A stretch of 64,000 bases of DNA from Polyangiales bacterium (lineage in GTDB: Bacteria; Myxococcota_A; Polyangia; Polyangiales; Ga0077539), in assembly GCA_044229975.1 (NCBI GenBank), contig JBGARZ010000001.1, positions 736,001-800,000 on the forward strand, in the 5' to 3' direction. A model generated the notes under the pieces. The model saw nothing but the letters and a program-made list of their open reading frames with translations. It ran no database searches and was not told where the DNA came from. Positions 50,618 to 59,773 of this stretch are shown here, piece after piece; within the stretch, counting starts at the first letter, position 1, and every line of letters starts with the position of its first letter. The position numbers were made by a program, and so were the translations under genes.

Positions 50618-51784
50618 TCAAGAGCACACCGTCGCTACGTGTCGGGCCCAGAGTGACGCGCGCAGCGACGCGAAGAGCCGTCGCGCGTCGTCGGGCGTCG
50701 GCAGGCCGAGCTCGCCGACGAGCACCGCCGGGGCGGGCGCCTCTACCGACGCCGCGAGCGCGTCGACAGCCCCGCGCATCGCTGCCGACAGCGCGGCGCC
50801 GTCCGCGTCGGCGCGTGACAGGAACCAATCGCGCACAGACCACGCGAGCGCCGCGTGGCGTGTCTCGTCGTGGGCAATGCGTCGCTGCGCGGCGGCCACG
50901 TCGGGCGCGCTGGCGTGGTCGGCCTGCCACCACGCCACCATCGCGGCCCAGGTCTCGTAGACGCAGCCTTCGACGACGTTCTCCCGCGCCACCGCGTCGA
51001 GCGTGCGTGCAACCGGGGCGTCGACGCGAGCCGTGACCTCGGCAGCCCCGCGACTGCGCGCCAGCGCACCGACGACCGCGGCGTGGCGCACCTCGTCCTG
51101 CGCCGAGGCGCGCGCGGCGACCACCAGCGACTCGGGAGCGCCGTGCGTGGCCAGCTCGCCCGCGAGGCGCTGGAAGGCGACGACCGACGCGGCCTCCAGC
51201 GAGGCCGTCCACGCCAGGAACGCGCCTGCGTCGTCGCCGCTCGCGAGCGCGGGCATCGCGAGGCCCTCGGTGCGCCGTCCGTAGCAGCACGTGCCACAGT
51301 GGACGACGAAGGGGCGCGCGTGGCGGCTCGTGATCTCGCGACAGAATCCCGCGACGACGGTGCCCGAACTGTTCGAACCCGCGCAGAGCGCCCGGCAGGC
51401 CGCGTCGCTCGTCCGGTCCTCGACCCTGGCGTCCAGGCGGGCGATCTCGTCATCAGGGAGTCCGCAGGGGAAGACGACGGTCTGCTCGTAGCCACAACTG
51501 CCGGGCGGGGGTTCGTAGCGCCGCGCGCACGCGCTGGCGTCCGCAACGGCGTCGGGCGCGACTCCCTGGTCGTCGTAGGCGCGGGCGTCGGGTGGCGAGT
51601 AGCCGCAGCGGTTCGCATCGAAGACATCCAGCCCGGGTGAATCGGACGTTGAGGCATCGCCCGAGTCCGTCACGTCAGGCGTGGCAGCGACGCCCGGGGA
51701 ATCCTTACATCCCACGGGGAGCGACGCGGTCAGCGCGACCTGAAAGATCGCGCGCAGGTGCAGGTTGTGTTTGCGAAGGTCCAT
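50618..51784 (-). CDS. Lipoprotein with C-terminal ferritin-like (diiron) domain, paralog of 45847..47193
   Basis: LPVGC lipobox, Cys-rich N-domain, GRRTEGL, LEAASV, QDEVRH, ENVVEGCVYE and HDETRH. Confidence 0.85.
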   Translation of the reverse strand: MDLRKHNLHLRAIFQVALTASLPVGCKDSPGVAATPDVTDSGDASTSDSPGLDVFDANRCGYSPPDARAYDDQGVAPDAVADASACARRYEPPPGSCGYEQTVVFPCGLPDDEIARLDARVEDRTSDAACRALCAGSNSSGTVVAGFCREITSRHARPFVVHCGTCCYGRRTEGLAMPALASGDDAGAFLAWTASLEAASVVAFQRLAGELATHGAPESLVVAARASAQDEVRHAAVVGALARSRGAAEVTARVDAPVARTLDAVARENVVEGCVYETWAAMVAWWQADHASAPDVAAAQRRIAHDETRHAALAWSVRDWFLSRADADGAALSAAMRGAVDALAASVEAPAPAVLVGELGLPTPDDARRLFASLRASLWARHVATVCS

Positions 51785-51794
51785 GGGATCAGGT

Positions 51795-51851
51795 CACCAC
51801 CTTTTCACCCCTTGAGTGCGCGGCCCTCCGCTTCGCCTTCGCGAAATCGTC
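51795..51851 (-). promoter_or_regulatory. Putative ECF promoter plus leader/RBS (GAAGG-N17-CACTC...AAAAGGTGGTG)
   Basis: Minus strand GACGATTTCGCGAAGG-cgaagcggagggccgcg-CACTCAAGGGGTGAAAAGGTGGTG. Confidence 0.75.
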
Positions 51852-52678
51852 TACGGGCTCTTCGCCTCGGCCGGGGGTGGGCACTTCAGCCGGTCGCGTC
51901 GCATGTACCGGCGCACCCGTTGGAAGGGCTCCGGGTCGACCTTCCAGTCGCCCGAGAAGGAGTCGTCGAGGTCGCGCACCACGTACAGGACGTGCGAGAC
52001 CGCGCCCGCCATGGCGCTGGTGATGAGCGCGTGGATCCAGACGTTTTCGACCTCGAAGAGCCACATCGAGCCGACCACGATCACCGCGCCGCCGTAGAGC
52101 AGCAGGTGCAGCGCGAAGGGGATGCGCGCGACGGCGCTGCTCAGCCGGTCGGCGCGGGCGTCGGAGAGGTCGTTGAAGCGCTTGAGGCACTCGTCGAAGA
52201 GGGCGACCTCGCGCGCCGTCTTCGGTTCGAAGACGTGCAGGGCCTCCCAGGTGTCGTCGAGGATGTGCCCCACCTCCTCGGAGTGGTCGATGTGGCAGCG
52301 CTCCATCGCCGTCCATTCGCTGTCGAGCACCTCGTCGACGTAGCGGCGCAGCCCGTCGCGCACGGCGCAGCGCTCCAGCCCGTGCAGCGCTTCGACCGTT
52401 CGGTAGAGGTCGAGCACCTCGTTGGCCTCGCGGTCGACGAGGCCGCGCACCTCGTTGAACTGCCCCCACACCACGTAGACGACGAAGGCCAGCAGCACGG
52501 CGTAGATGGAGCCGAGCGTCTGGAGGTAGTTGCCGACGACGTCGTTGCTCTTGTGCAGAACGTCCTGCGGCACGAGGTGGCGCACCGCGAGGAGGCCGAG
52601 CAGCGAGAGCGCGGACGCCCCGGCGATGACCGTGAGGAGCGAGCGCAGCGCGAAGATCCAACGCCCGATGCGTCGCAT
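51851..52678 (-). CDS. DUF4239-like membrane protein
   Basis: LGSIYAVLLAFVVYVVW...EANEV...YVDEVLDSEW...LSDARADR...DLDDSFSG. Confidence 0.8.
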   Translation of the reverse strand: MRRIGRWIFALRSLLTVIAGASALSLLGLLAVRHLVPQDVLHKSNDVVGNYLQTLGSIYAVLLAFVVYVVWGQFNEVRGLVDREANEVLDLYRTVEALHGLERCAVRDGLRRYVDEVLDSEWTAMERCHIDHSEEVGHILDDTWEALHVFEPKTAREVALFDECLKRFNDLSDARADRLSSAVARIPFALHLLLYGGAVIVVGSMWLFEVENVWIHALITSAMAGAVSHVLYVVRDLDDSFSGDWKVDPEPFQRVRRYMRRDRLKCPPPAEAKSP

Positions 52679-52679
52679 G

Positions 52680-53618
52680 TCAGCGGAAGAACTCCGCCTG
52701 ATCGACGAAGCGGATGCCCGCCCGCGCGGCGAAGGTGCGGTCGGTGGTCATGTCGCCGACCATCAGCGTGTGGGCCCGGTCGAGCTTGTACTTCTCGATG
52801 AAGGCCACGCCGAGTCCCGGCATCGGCTTGCGGCACCAGCAGTTGATGGGAGCCGGCTCGTGCGGGCAGAACGACACCTCGATGTCGATGCCGAGCAGCT
52901 CGTTGGTGCGCGCGAAGCACGCCTGCGCCGCTTCGAGCGAGAGCGTCTTCTTGGACACCGCGCTCTGGTTGGACACGCCGAGCAGGCGATAGCCCTCGGC
53001 CTGGTACTTCTTCAGCACCTCGGTGCGCCCCGGCAGCACCTCCACGTCGTCGGGCGTCAGCGGGTACTTGTCGCCGCTCTTCGTCTTGCGGAGCGTGCCG
53101 TCGTAGTCGAGCAGCAGCGCCTTGCCCGTGTACCCGGCCGCCTGCGCCCCGCGCTTGAAGGGGACCTTCTCCACGCTCGCAAAGCCCTCGGCCATCGTCG
53201 GCGCCTCGAGGGCCTTGCGGTACTTGAAGAGCACCGCGGGGCTGTACGTGTTGGGGTCCCCCCTGCCCGCCTTCTTGATCTCGTCGGGCGTGAGCAGCCG
53301 ACCGTGCTTGCGGACGAGGCGCTCGACGGCGTTGTACTGGGCCTGCTCGATGGACGCGTCGAGCCACACGCAGCGCACCGGAACCCCACGCTGCTGCCCG
53401 AGCGCGACGAGCGGCGCGCGCGAGTCACGGGTGGCGTAGGTGTTGTCGAGCACCACCGAGGCGCCGTCGTCGAGCGCGGCGGCCACCAGCGGGACGAGGT
53501 CGGCGAGGGAGCTGTCGCCGAGGGTGTCGCGGTTGATGCGGCGGTGATGGGGGAAGTTCGCGGCCGTCCACGTCGACTTGCCCGACGCGGGATATCCCAT
53601 GAGAAGGACGATCTCCAT
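52680..53618 (-). CDS. Bifunctional P-loop kinase plus HAD-IIIA phosphatase (polynucleotide kinase/phosphatase-like)
   Basis: GYPASGKST, INRDTLG and VVLDNT, then LLDYDGTL, VSNQS, CPH...CWCRKP and MVGD...D. Confidence 0.85.
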   Translation of the reverse strand: MEIVLLMGYPASGKSTWTAANFPHHRRINRDTLGDSSLADLVPLVAAALDDGASVVLDNTYATRDSRAPLVALGQQRGVPVRCVWLDASIEQAQYNAVERLVRKHGRLLTPDEIKKAGRGDPNTYSPAVLFKYRKALEAPTMAEGFASVEKVPFKRGAQAAGYTGKALLLDYDGTLRKTKSGDKYPLTPDDVEVLPGRTEVLKKYQAEGYRLLGVSNQSAVSKKTLSLEAAQACFARTNELLGIDIEVSFCPHEPAPINCWCRKPMPGLGVAFIEKYKLDRAHTLMVGDMTTDRTFAARAGIRFVDQAEFFR

Positions 53619-53650
53619 GGGCCGACCGTATCACCAGGGCGGCGGGTGTT

Positions 53651-54364
53651 TCAGGTGGTGAGCTCGAGCACGATCTCGGGGGCGCCCGGTGGGCCGTGCG
53701 GGCCCTCGAAGCGGACGAGCCGGTGCGGCGCGGCCTTCTCATACCAGAGCTTGTATTTCGGCAGGAACGGCTTGGCCAGCTCGCTCACCACGCGCCCGAG
53801 CTTCACCCAGTCGTTGAGGTCCGGGTACATCGACAGCTCGCGCGTCTCGAAGCGCCCCGCGGGGACGTCGACGGTCACCGGCTTGAGCTCTTCGTAATAG
53901 ACCTTGGCGATCATGCGGTCGGCGATCCAGGCGTGCAGCGTGCGGCGCTGGCCGTCGAACGCAGTGCCGCGGAGCAGAAACGGCAGGCAGACCTCGGGGT
54001 ACGTGTCCGTGGGGAAGCGCAGCGGGCCGCGGGTGAAGTCGGCCGTCTCGCGGCGACACTCGGCCCCCTGCTCGTCGAGCATGGTGCGGTCGAAGACCTT
54101 CGCGCGCACCGTCGGGCGGGCGTCGCACTCCAGGGTCTCGCGGATGACGCCGCGGAGGATGTTCTGCTCGATGGTGACGGTGAGCGCCTCTCCGGTGACG
54201 CGGGTGGTGACGACGGCGAGGTGCGTGCGCTTCGGGTCGAGCAGGTCGTGCGCGTCGAGCACCGTGTGAAACGAGCGCTGCGGCCGCGCGCGGATCACGT
54301 ACCGGGTGATCTCCTCTCCCTTCACCGGAGGGAGCCCGAGGGCGTGTGCCTGGTCAGTCTTCAT
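53651..54364 (-). CDS. Hypothetical beta-rich protein
   Basis: MKTDQAHALG...VTVDVPAGRFET...LWYEKAAPHRLVRFEGP. Confidence 0.7.
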   Translation of the reverse strand: MKTDQAHALGLPPVKGEEITRYVIRARPQRSFHTVLDAHDLLDPKRTHLAVVTTRVTGEALTVTIEQNILRGVIRETLECDARPTVRAKVFDRTMLDEQGAECRRETADFTRGPLRFPTDTYPEVCLPFLLRGTAFDGQRRTLHAWIADRMIAKVYYEELKPVTVDVPAGRFETRELSMYPDLNDWVKLGRVVSELAKPFLPKYKLWYEKAAPHRLVRFEGPHGPPGAPEIVLELTT

Positions 54365-54432
54365 GGGGGGTGTTGGCCGCGGAGGATAGCGAAACCGCGG
54401 CCGAGGCGGGGAGACGATCGGGGCGGGCGCGC

Positions 54433-56265
54433 TCAGCGGTTGTTGGTGACGCGCAGGGCGGAGAGCTCGTTGAGGTAGCACTCCAGGTTGGTGTACCCGG
54501 CGACGCCGGTCATCGCGACGGAGACGGTGGTGCCGTTGTGGTCCTGCGCGTTGGGGTTGAGGCCCTTGGCGCGCTCCCACGAGTCGGGCATGCCGTCGTT
54601 GTCGGTGTCGACCGGGGCGGCGGGCGCGGCGCCGGTGAAGGCGGTGCGCAGCGCGTCGTTGGCCGGGTTGGTGTTGCTCGCGCGGCTGTCGAAGGTCCCG
54701 GCGCTCACGTTGCCCATGAGGCGCGTGTCCATCGGGTCGCGCGGGAAGGCGCCGGCGTTGGCGACCGCGTAGGGACGAACGTTGGCCGAAGGCATCACCG
54801 TCACCGCGGGGAAGGCGTGGCGGGTGGTGCGCGCCCAGGAGGGGCGGACCGCGGTGCTGCCGTTGTAGTCCGAGCAGCAGTAGTTGAGGTCCCAGTCGGC
54901 GCGGGTGGGCCAGAGGTTGGAGCGGTTGTCGTTGAAGTACGCCGTGGTGCCGCCCGCGGAGGGCTGTAGCCAGATGGAGCCGAAGCGGTTGCTGCTCGGG
55001 GCGAAGGAGGAGTTCCCGATCCAGTTCATCTGGTAGTAGACCCACGACCCCGCGTTGGACCCGGAGATGTTGGTCGGGTTCACGTCGATGAAGTAGCGCT
55101 GATCCCACAGGAGGTTGTTGGTCAGCTCGACGCGCATGGTGGAGCCCGCCACCGCCGCGCCGCTCTCGCGCGAGAACTCCGGGTAGCGGCCCTGGAGGCG
55201 GTTCCAGACGTTGCGGACGATGGCGAGGTTGTCGAGCGCGTAGCCCGCCGCGGGGTTGCTGTAGTTGATGAGCATCCCGCCGTACTGCGCGTGGTCGCCG
55301 ATGGTCTCCGCCAGGATGCTGTCCTGGATGGTGACGTTGTTGGTATACGAGATCTCGACGGCCTCGTCGGCGGCGTTGCCCATGGAGAGGTGGTCGATGA
55401 CGCCGTTGCGGGCGTAGCGGAGGCGCAGGCCATCGGGGAAGTCACCGCCGGCCGGGCGGCTGCGCAGGTGGCGCACGATGAAGTTGCTGACGCCGCGCGC
55501 GTTGGCGCCGCACTGCTGGTCGCAGTAGTTCGCCTCGGTGGTGTGGAAGCCGCGCACCGTGATGCCGCCGGGGGAGGTCTGGCCCGCGATGGTCACGTCG
55601 CCGCTGTTCATCTGGACGTCGCTGTTGATGACGCCGCTGACCTTGAAGAGGATGTACCGCGGGCCGGTCTGCTGGACGGCGTCCTGAAACGACCCCGCGC
55701 CCGACGCGTTGAGGTTGGTCACATAGATCACCCGACCGCCGCGGCCGCCCGTCGCAGTGGCGCCGAAGCCCTCCGCGCCGGGGAAGGCCCGCAGACCCGA
55801 GGACGGGGTCGTCGTGCTGGTCACGCCGCCCGCATCGGCGGCCGGGGTCACCGGCGGAGCGGTGGTGCCTGAGCCCGCGTCGACCGCACCCGTGTCGCGA
55901 ACGCCCGTGTCCCGAACCCCGGTGTCCCGAACGCCCGTGTCGCGGACCCCGGTGTCGCGGACCCCCGCGTCCTGCGCGCCGGTGGTCACGGTGATGGCGG
56001 TGCAGGCGACGTAGCCCGAGAGGCGATAGCAGTCGTTGTCGCCGTCGCAGAAGCACTTCGCCTCGCCCGGCCAGCAGTTGCGGATCTGCCCGGCCGCGTT
56101 GCGCGGGTCGCCGCGGCCGTCGCGGACGACGACCTCGGGGCAGAGCCGAACGGTCAGCCCGCTGGAGGCGGACTCGGTGTCGTCGACGTCGTCCATCGGG
56201 GCGCAGCCGACGGCCGAGAGCAGCGAGAGCGAGGCGACAAACAACGTGGTCAATGGGCGGTACAT
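54433..56265 (-). CDS. Pectate lyase (PL1-like) lipoprotein
   Basis: AVGC lipobox; AFPGAEGFGATATGGRGGRVIYVTNLN, TIAGQTSPGG, DTDNDGMPDSWE and GYTNLECYLN. Confidence 0.88.
   Translation of the reverse strand: MYRPLTTLFVASLSLLSAVGCAPMDDVDDTESASSGLTVRLCPEVVVRDGRGDPRNAAGQIRNCWPGEAKCFCDGDNDCYRLSGYVACTAITVTTGAQDAGVRDTGVRDTGVRDTGVRDTGVRDTGAVDAGSGTTAPPVTPAADAGGVTSTTTPSSGLRAFPGAEGFGATATGGRGGRVIYVTNLNASGAGSFQDAVQQTGPRYILFKVSGVINSDVQMNSGDVTIAGQTSPGGITVRGFHTTEANYCDQQCGANARGVSNFIVRHLRSRPAGGDFPDGLRLRYARNGVIDHLSMGNAADEAVEISYTNNVTIQDSILAETIGDHAQYGGMLINYSNPAAGYALDNLAIVRNVWNRLQGRYPEFSRESGAAVAGSTMRVELTNNLLWDQRYFIDVNPTNISGSNAGSWVYYQMNWIGNSSFAPSSNRFGSIWLQPSAGGTTAYFNDNRSNLWPTRADWDLNYCCSDYNGSTAVRPSWARTTRHAFPAVTVMPSANVRPYAVANAGAFPRDPMDTRLMGNVSAGTFDSRASNTNPANDALRTAFTGAAPAAPVDTDNDGMPDSWERAKGLNPNAQDHNGTTVSVAMTGVAGYTNLECYLNELSALRVTNNR
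55890..55972. repeat. 15-nt coding repeat, about 5 x D[AT]GVR
   Basis: QDAGVRDTGVRDTGVRDTGVRDTGVRDTG in the lyase linker, with synonymous variation between units. Confidence 0.85.
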
Positions 56266-56624
56266 GCCGCGGAAGAAACAGCCACTCCCGCGTTGTGGCA
56301 AATCGAAAATCATTGGCGACACGATGGCTACATCGTTGAGAGATGTCGGCAATGAAGCGCCCTCTGTGCCGCTGGGTGACCGCGGTCGGCTGCGCGCCGG
56401 AGATGTAGGTTGTGGCGTTATGGTGGCAACGCGATCCTCCCCGGGGAGCAAACGCGGAGACACAGCCGACAACGGGGTGGCACAAGGTGCCGACCGCACC
56501 GACAGACGAATTCTTCCGGCTCGGGACGGTTTCGGTCCCGGTGCGCGTCGACCGCCGCGAGCGGATCGGCCTCGACTCGGTCGGTGACGGGCAGTGGGGC
56601 GGGGAAGTAGAGTCCGCGCCGCCG

Positions 56625-58415
56625 ATGTCGACGCTCCTGAATGACGAAGCGATGTCCCGCGCGCGCGCCGCGATGCGGGCCTCGCAGCCGCACAATGCCG
56701 TGCTCATCCTGATGGGGGCCGCGGGGCAGACGCACCTCCAGGCGCGCGACTACGACGAGCTCGTGCGGCTGCTGGCCGACGCGCTGCAACAGATCGGGCT
56801 CCTGCGGGCGGCGGCGTCGGTGTGGCTCTACCTCCGCGACGGCAACCGCATGGCGCAGGTGAGCGGCGGCGAGCCGAGAGACCTCGCGCGCGCCGCGACG
56901 CTGGCGGGCAACCACGGCCTCGCCGCGCAGCACTACCGGGCCGCGCGCTGGCCCGCGCACGCGGCCATCTCGGCGGAGAAGGCCCAGCTCTTCCCGCAGG
57001 CGCGCGTGCTGTGGGAGGAGGTTCAGGCCGACCCGCGGCTGCGGGAGGACCCGTACAACGCCGCGCTGGTGAGCTTCAACGCGGGCCGGGTGCTGGCGCA
57101 GCTCCGCGACGCGGCCGGGGCGCAGCGCGGTCGGGTGCGCGCGATGCGACTGCTGGAGGAGGCGGCCGACCTCTTCGAGGCGCGCGGTCTGCGCGAGCGG
57201 GCCTTCGACTGCTTCCAGGTGCTGCTCACGCTCGGGGCCGAGACCGGGAGCTTCGAAAACCTCGCGGAGGGCTACCTCAACTGCATCCGCATCCTGCGCG
57301 AAGACCACCTGAAGTATTACGCGCTCCAGTATTACGAGGACTTCATCGGGCGGGCCGCGCGCGCGCAGGAGCACCACGCCGTCGCGACCATCGTGCACGA
57401 GGCGGCGGACTACGCGCGGGCGCTCGGGCTGCCGTTTCACCCGACGCTGCGGATGCGCGAGGCCGAGGCGTGGCGCGCGGCGGCCGAGCACATCCTGCGG
57501 ACGGGCGGCTCGGTCGAGCTCGCGGAAAACGCGCTGCTTGCGGCGGTGGGCGCGTACTCGGGCGTCGGGATGCACGCGCGGGCGGTGGGGGTCTTCGGGA
57601 TGCTGGCGCGCATGCCGGGCATCGAGGACGAGCGGGCCCGGCGCTACGCGCGCTTGAGCGAGCGCTACGGCGAGGCGAAGGACGAGGCGATGCGGGTGCC
57701 CACGGTGCCCGAGTACCTGAAGCAGCCGGTGGCGTACCCCGACATCTGGAACGTCGACGTCATCGAGTGGGAAGAAGACGGCGACGCGGTGGAGACCTGC
57801 GGGGAGATTCTCCTCGACACCACGCTGCCGGACTTCGTGCGGCGCAAGGCGCTGCTGGCGAGGTTGGTTCCGTTGACGGCGCGGGAGCCCAACCACCCCA
57901 ACACGCTGGCGCAGCTCGCCGAGGCGCTCGGGCAGGTGCAGCTCTACGCCGTGCTCTCGCCGCTGGAACACCTCTTCGAGCGGGGCCGCGGCGACGTGCG
58001 GGTGGCGGTGCTGCGGGCGGCGCGGTCGCTCTTCTTCAAGCGCACGTACACGCTGCTCATGCGGGGTGTGGCGGAGGGCGAAGCCGCGGTGCGGATGGCG
58101 GTCATCGAGGCCATCCAGATCCTCCATTTCCCGCACGCCTTCGACCCGCTCTCGCGGCTGCACCGTGATCAGTCCGATGTGCAGATCAGGGCGGCGGCGC
58201 TCAACTCCATCGGGCGCATCCCCTCGCTCGAAGCGGTGGAGTACCTCATCGGAACGCTCCGCCAGGGCTCAGCCGAGGAGCGACAGATCGCCGCCGATCT
58301 CCTCTCACGCCACGACGCGATGGAGGCGACGAGCGCGCTCCAGGCGGCGGCGGCGCAGGAGACCGGGGAGATGCAGCAGATCCTGCACAACGTTCTTCGA
58401 CGACGCGTGCGCTGA
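56625..58415 (+). CDS. TPR/HEAT-repeat protein
   Basis: All-helical; C-terminal HEAT-like units (DVRVAVLRAA, VRMAVIEAI, QIRAAALNSIGRI). Confidence 0.8.
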   Translation: MSTLLNDEAMSRARAAMRASQPHNAVLILMGAAGQTHLQARDYDELVRLLADALQQIGLLRAAASVWLYLRDGNRMAQVSGGEPRDLARAATLAGNHGLAAQHYRAARWPAHAAISAEKAQLFPQARVLWEEVQADPRLREDPYNAALVSFNAGRVLAQLRDAAGAQRGRVRAMRLLEEAADLFEARGLRERAFDCFQVLLTLGAETGSFENLAEGYLNCIRILREDHLKYYALQYYEDFIGRAARAQEHHAVATIVHEAADYARALGLPFHPTLRMREAEAWRAAAEHILRTGGSVELAENALLAAVGAYSGVGMHARAVGVFGMLARMPGIEDERARRYARLSERYGEAKDEAMRVPTVPEYLKQPVAYPDIWNVDVIEWEEDGDAVETCGEILLDTTLPDFVRRKALLARLVPLTAREPNHPNTLAQLAEALGQVQLYAVLSPLEHLFERGRGDVRVAVLRAARSLFFKRTYTLLMRGVAEGEAAVRMAVIEAIQILHFPHAFDPLSRLHRDQSDVQIRAAALNSIGRIPSLEAVEYLIGTLRQGSAEERQIAADLLSRHDAMEATSALQAAAAQETGEMQQILHNVLRRRVR

Positions 58416-58462
58416 GCGGACCGTCGTCGACGCCCACACCGAATACCCAACACGAGGATCGC

Positions 58463-59773
58463 ATGGAGTTTCCGAAGCGGGGAATGTCGAAGGACGAGGT
58501 GCTCTCGACGCTGAAGGGGCGGCAGGGCGGCGACGCCGACTGGCGCAACGGGCGCACGTTTTCGCTCGTGTACTACGCGGGGCCCGAGGCGCTCGATGTG
58601 CTCTATGAAGCATCGCGCGCGTACTTCTCGGAAAACGCGCTCAACCCGATGGCCTTTCCGGGCTTGCGGCAGTGCGAGACCGACGTGGTGGCGATGACCG
58701 CCGCGATGTTTCACCACCCCGACGCCGCGGGCACCATGACCACCGGCGGAACCGAAAGCATCCTGATGGCCGTGAAGACGGCGCGGGAGTGGGCACGCGC
58801 CACGAAGCCCGAGATCACCCATCCCGAGATGCTGGTCCCCATCACGGTACACCCCGCTTTCGAGAAGGCGGCGCACTACTTCGACGTGAAGGCGGTGCAC
58901 GTCCCAGTCACGGGTGACTACCGCGCCGACATGGCGGCCGCGCGCTCGCTGGTCAATGACAACACCATCCTCATCGTCGGGTCGGCGCCACAATATCCGC
59001 ACGGGGTGGTCGACCCCATCGCCGAGCTCGCGGAGCTGGCGCAGCAGCGCGGGATTCTCTGTCACGTCGACGCCTGCCTCGGTGGGTTCTTGCTCCCGTG
59101 GGTGGAGAAGCTCGGGTACCACGTTCCGACTTTTGACTTCCGCGTACCGGGTGTGACCTCGATGAGCGCGGACGTGCACAAGTATGGCTATGCGGCCAAG
59201 GGCGCCTCGGTGGTCCTTTATCGCGATCGCGACCTGCGGCGCTTCCAGTTTGTCGCCTATGCCGACTGGCCGGGGGGCTTGTACGGCTCGCCGTCGATGT
59301 GCGGGACGCGCGCGGGAGGCCCCATCGCGGCAGCGTGGGCGATCATGAACCACCTTGGCGAAGAGGGTTATCTCCGCATCACCAAGACGACGATGGAGAC
59401 CGCGCGTCGCTTGATCGATGGCATCAACGCCATCCCGGGCCTGGCGGTGTTCGGTGATCCGGTGGGGAGCGTGTTCGGCTTTGGCTCCGACGAGATCGAC
59501 ATCTTCGCGCTGTCGGAGGCGATGGACGCGCGCGGCTGGCACCTCGATCGGCTCCAACGGCCCTCGGGCCTGCACATGATGATCACGCCCGCGCACGCGC
59601 CGCTGGTCGATCAGATTCTCGCTGACCTGCGTGAGGCGACGGAGCTCATCCGACTCAACGGCACCACCGCCGAAGGCGCCGCCGCGATGTACGGCGCGCT
59701 CGGAACGATGGAAGACCGCGGGACGGTCAACGACTTCATCCTCGGGTTTCTCGACAACATCGACGCGCGGTGA
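58463..59773 (+). CDS. Sphingosine-1-phosphate lyase-like PLP-dependent enzyme
   Basis: NALNPMAFPGL, GGTESILMA, HPAFEKAA, SAPQYPHGVVDPI, HVDACLGGF and SADVHKYGYAAKG. Confidence 0.85.
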   Translation: MEFPKRGMSKDEVLSTLKGRQGGDADWRNGRTFSLVYYAGPEALDVLYEASRAYFSENALNPMAFPGLRQCETDVVAMTAAMFHHPDAAGTMTTGGTESILMAVKTAREWARATKPEITHPEMLVPITVHPAFEKAAHYFDVKAVHVPVTGDYRADMAAARSLVNDNTILIVGSAPQYPHGVVDPIAELAELAQQRGILCHVDACLGGFLLPWVEKLGYHVPTFDFRVPGVTSMSADVHKYGYAAKGASVVLYRDRDLRRFQFVAYADWPGGLYGSPSMCGTRAGGPIAAAWAIMNHLGEEGYLRITKTTMETARRLIDGINAIPGLAVFGDPVGSVFGFGSDEIDIFALSEAMDARGWHLDRLQRPSGLHMMITPAHAPLVDQILADLREATELIRLNGTTAEGAAAMYGALGTMEDRGTVNDFILGFLDNIDAR

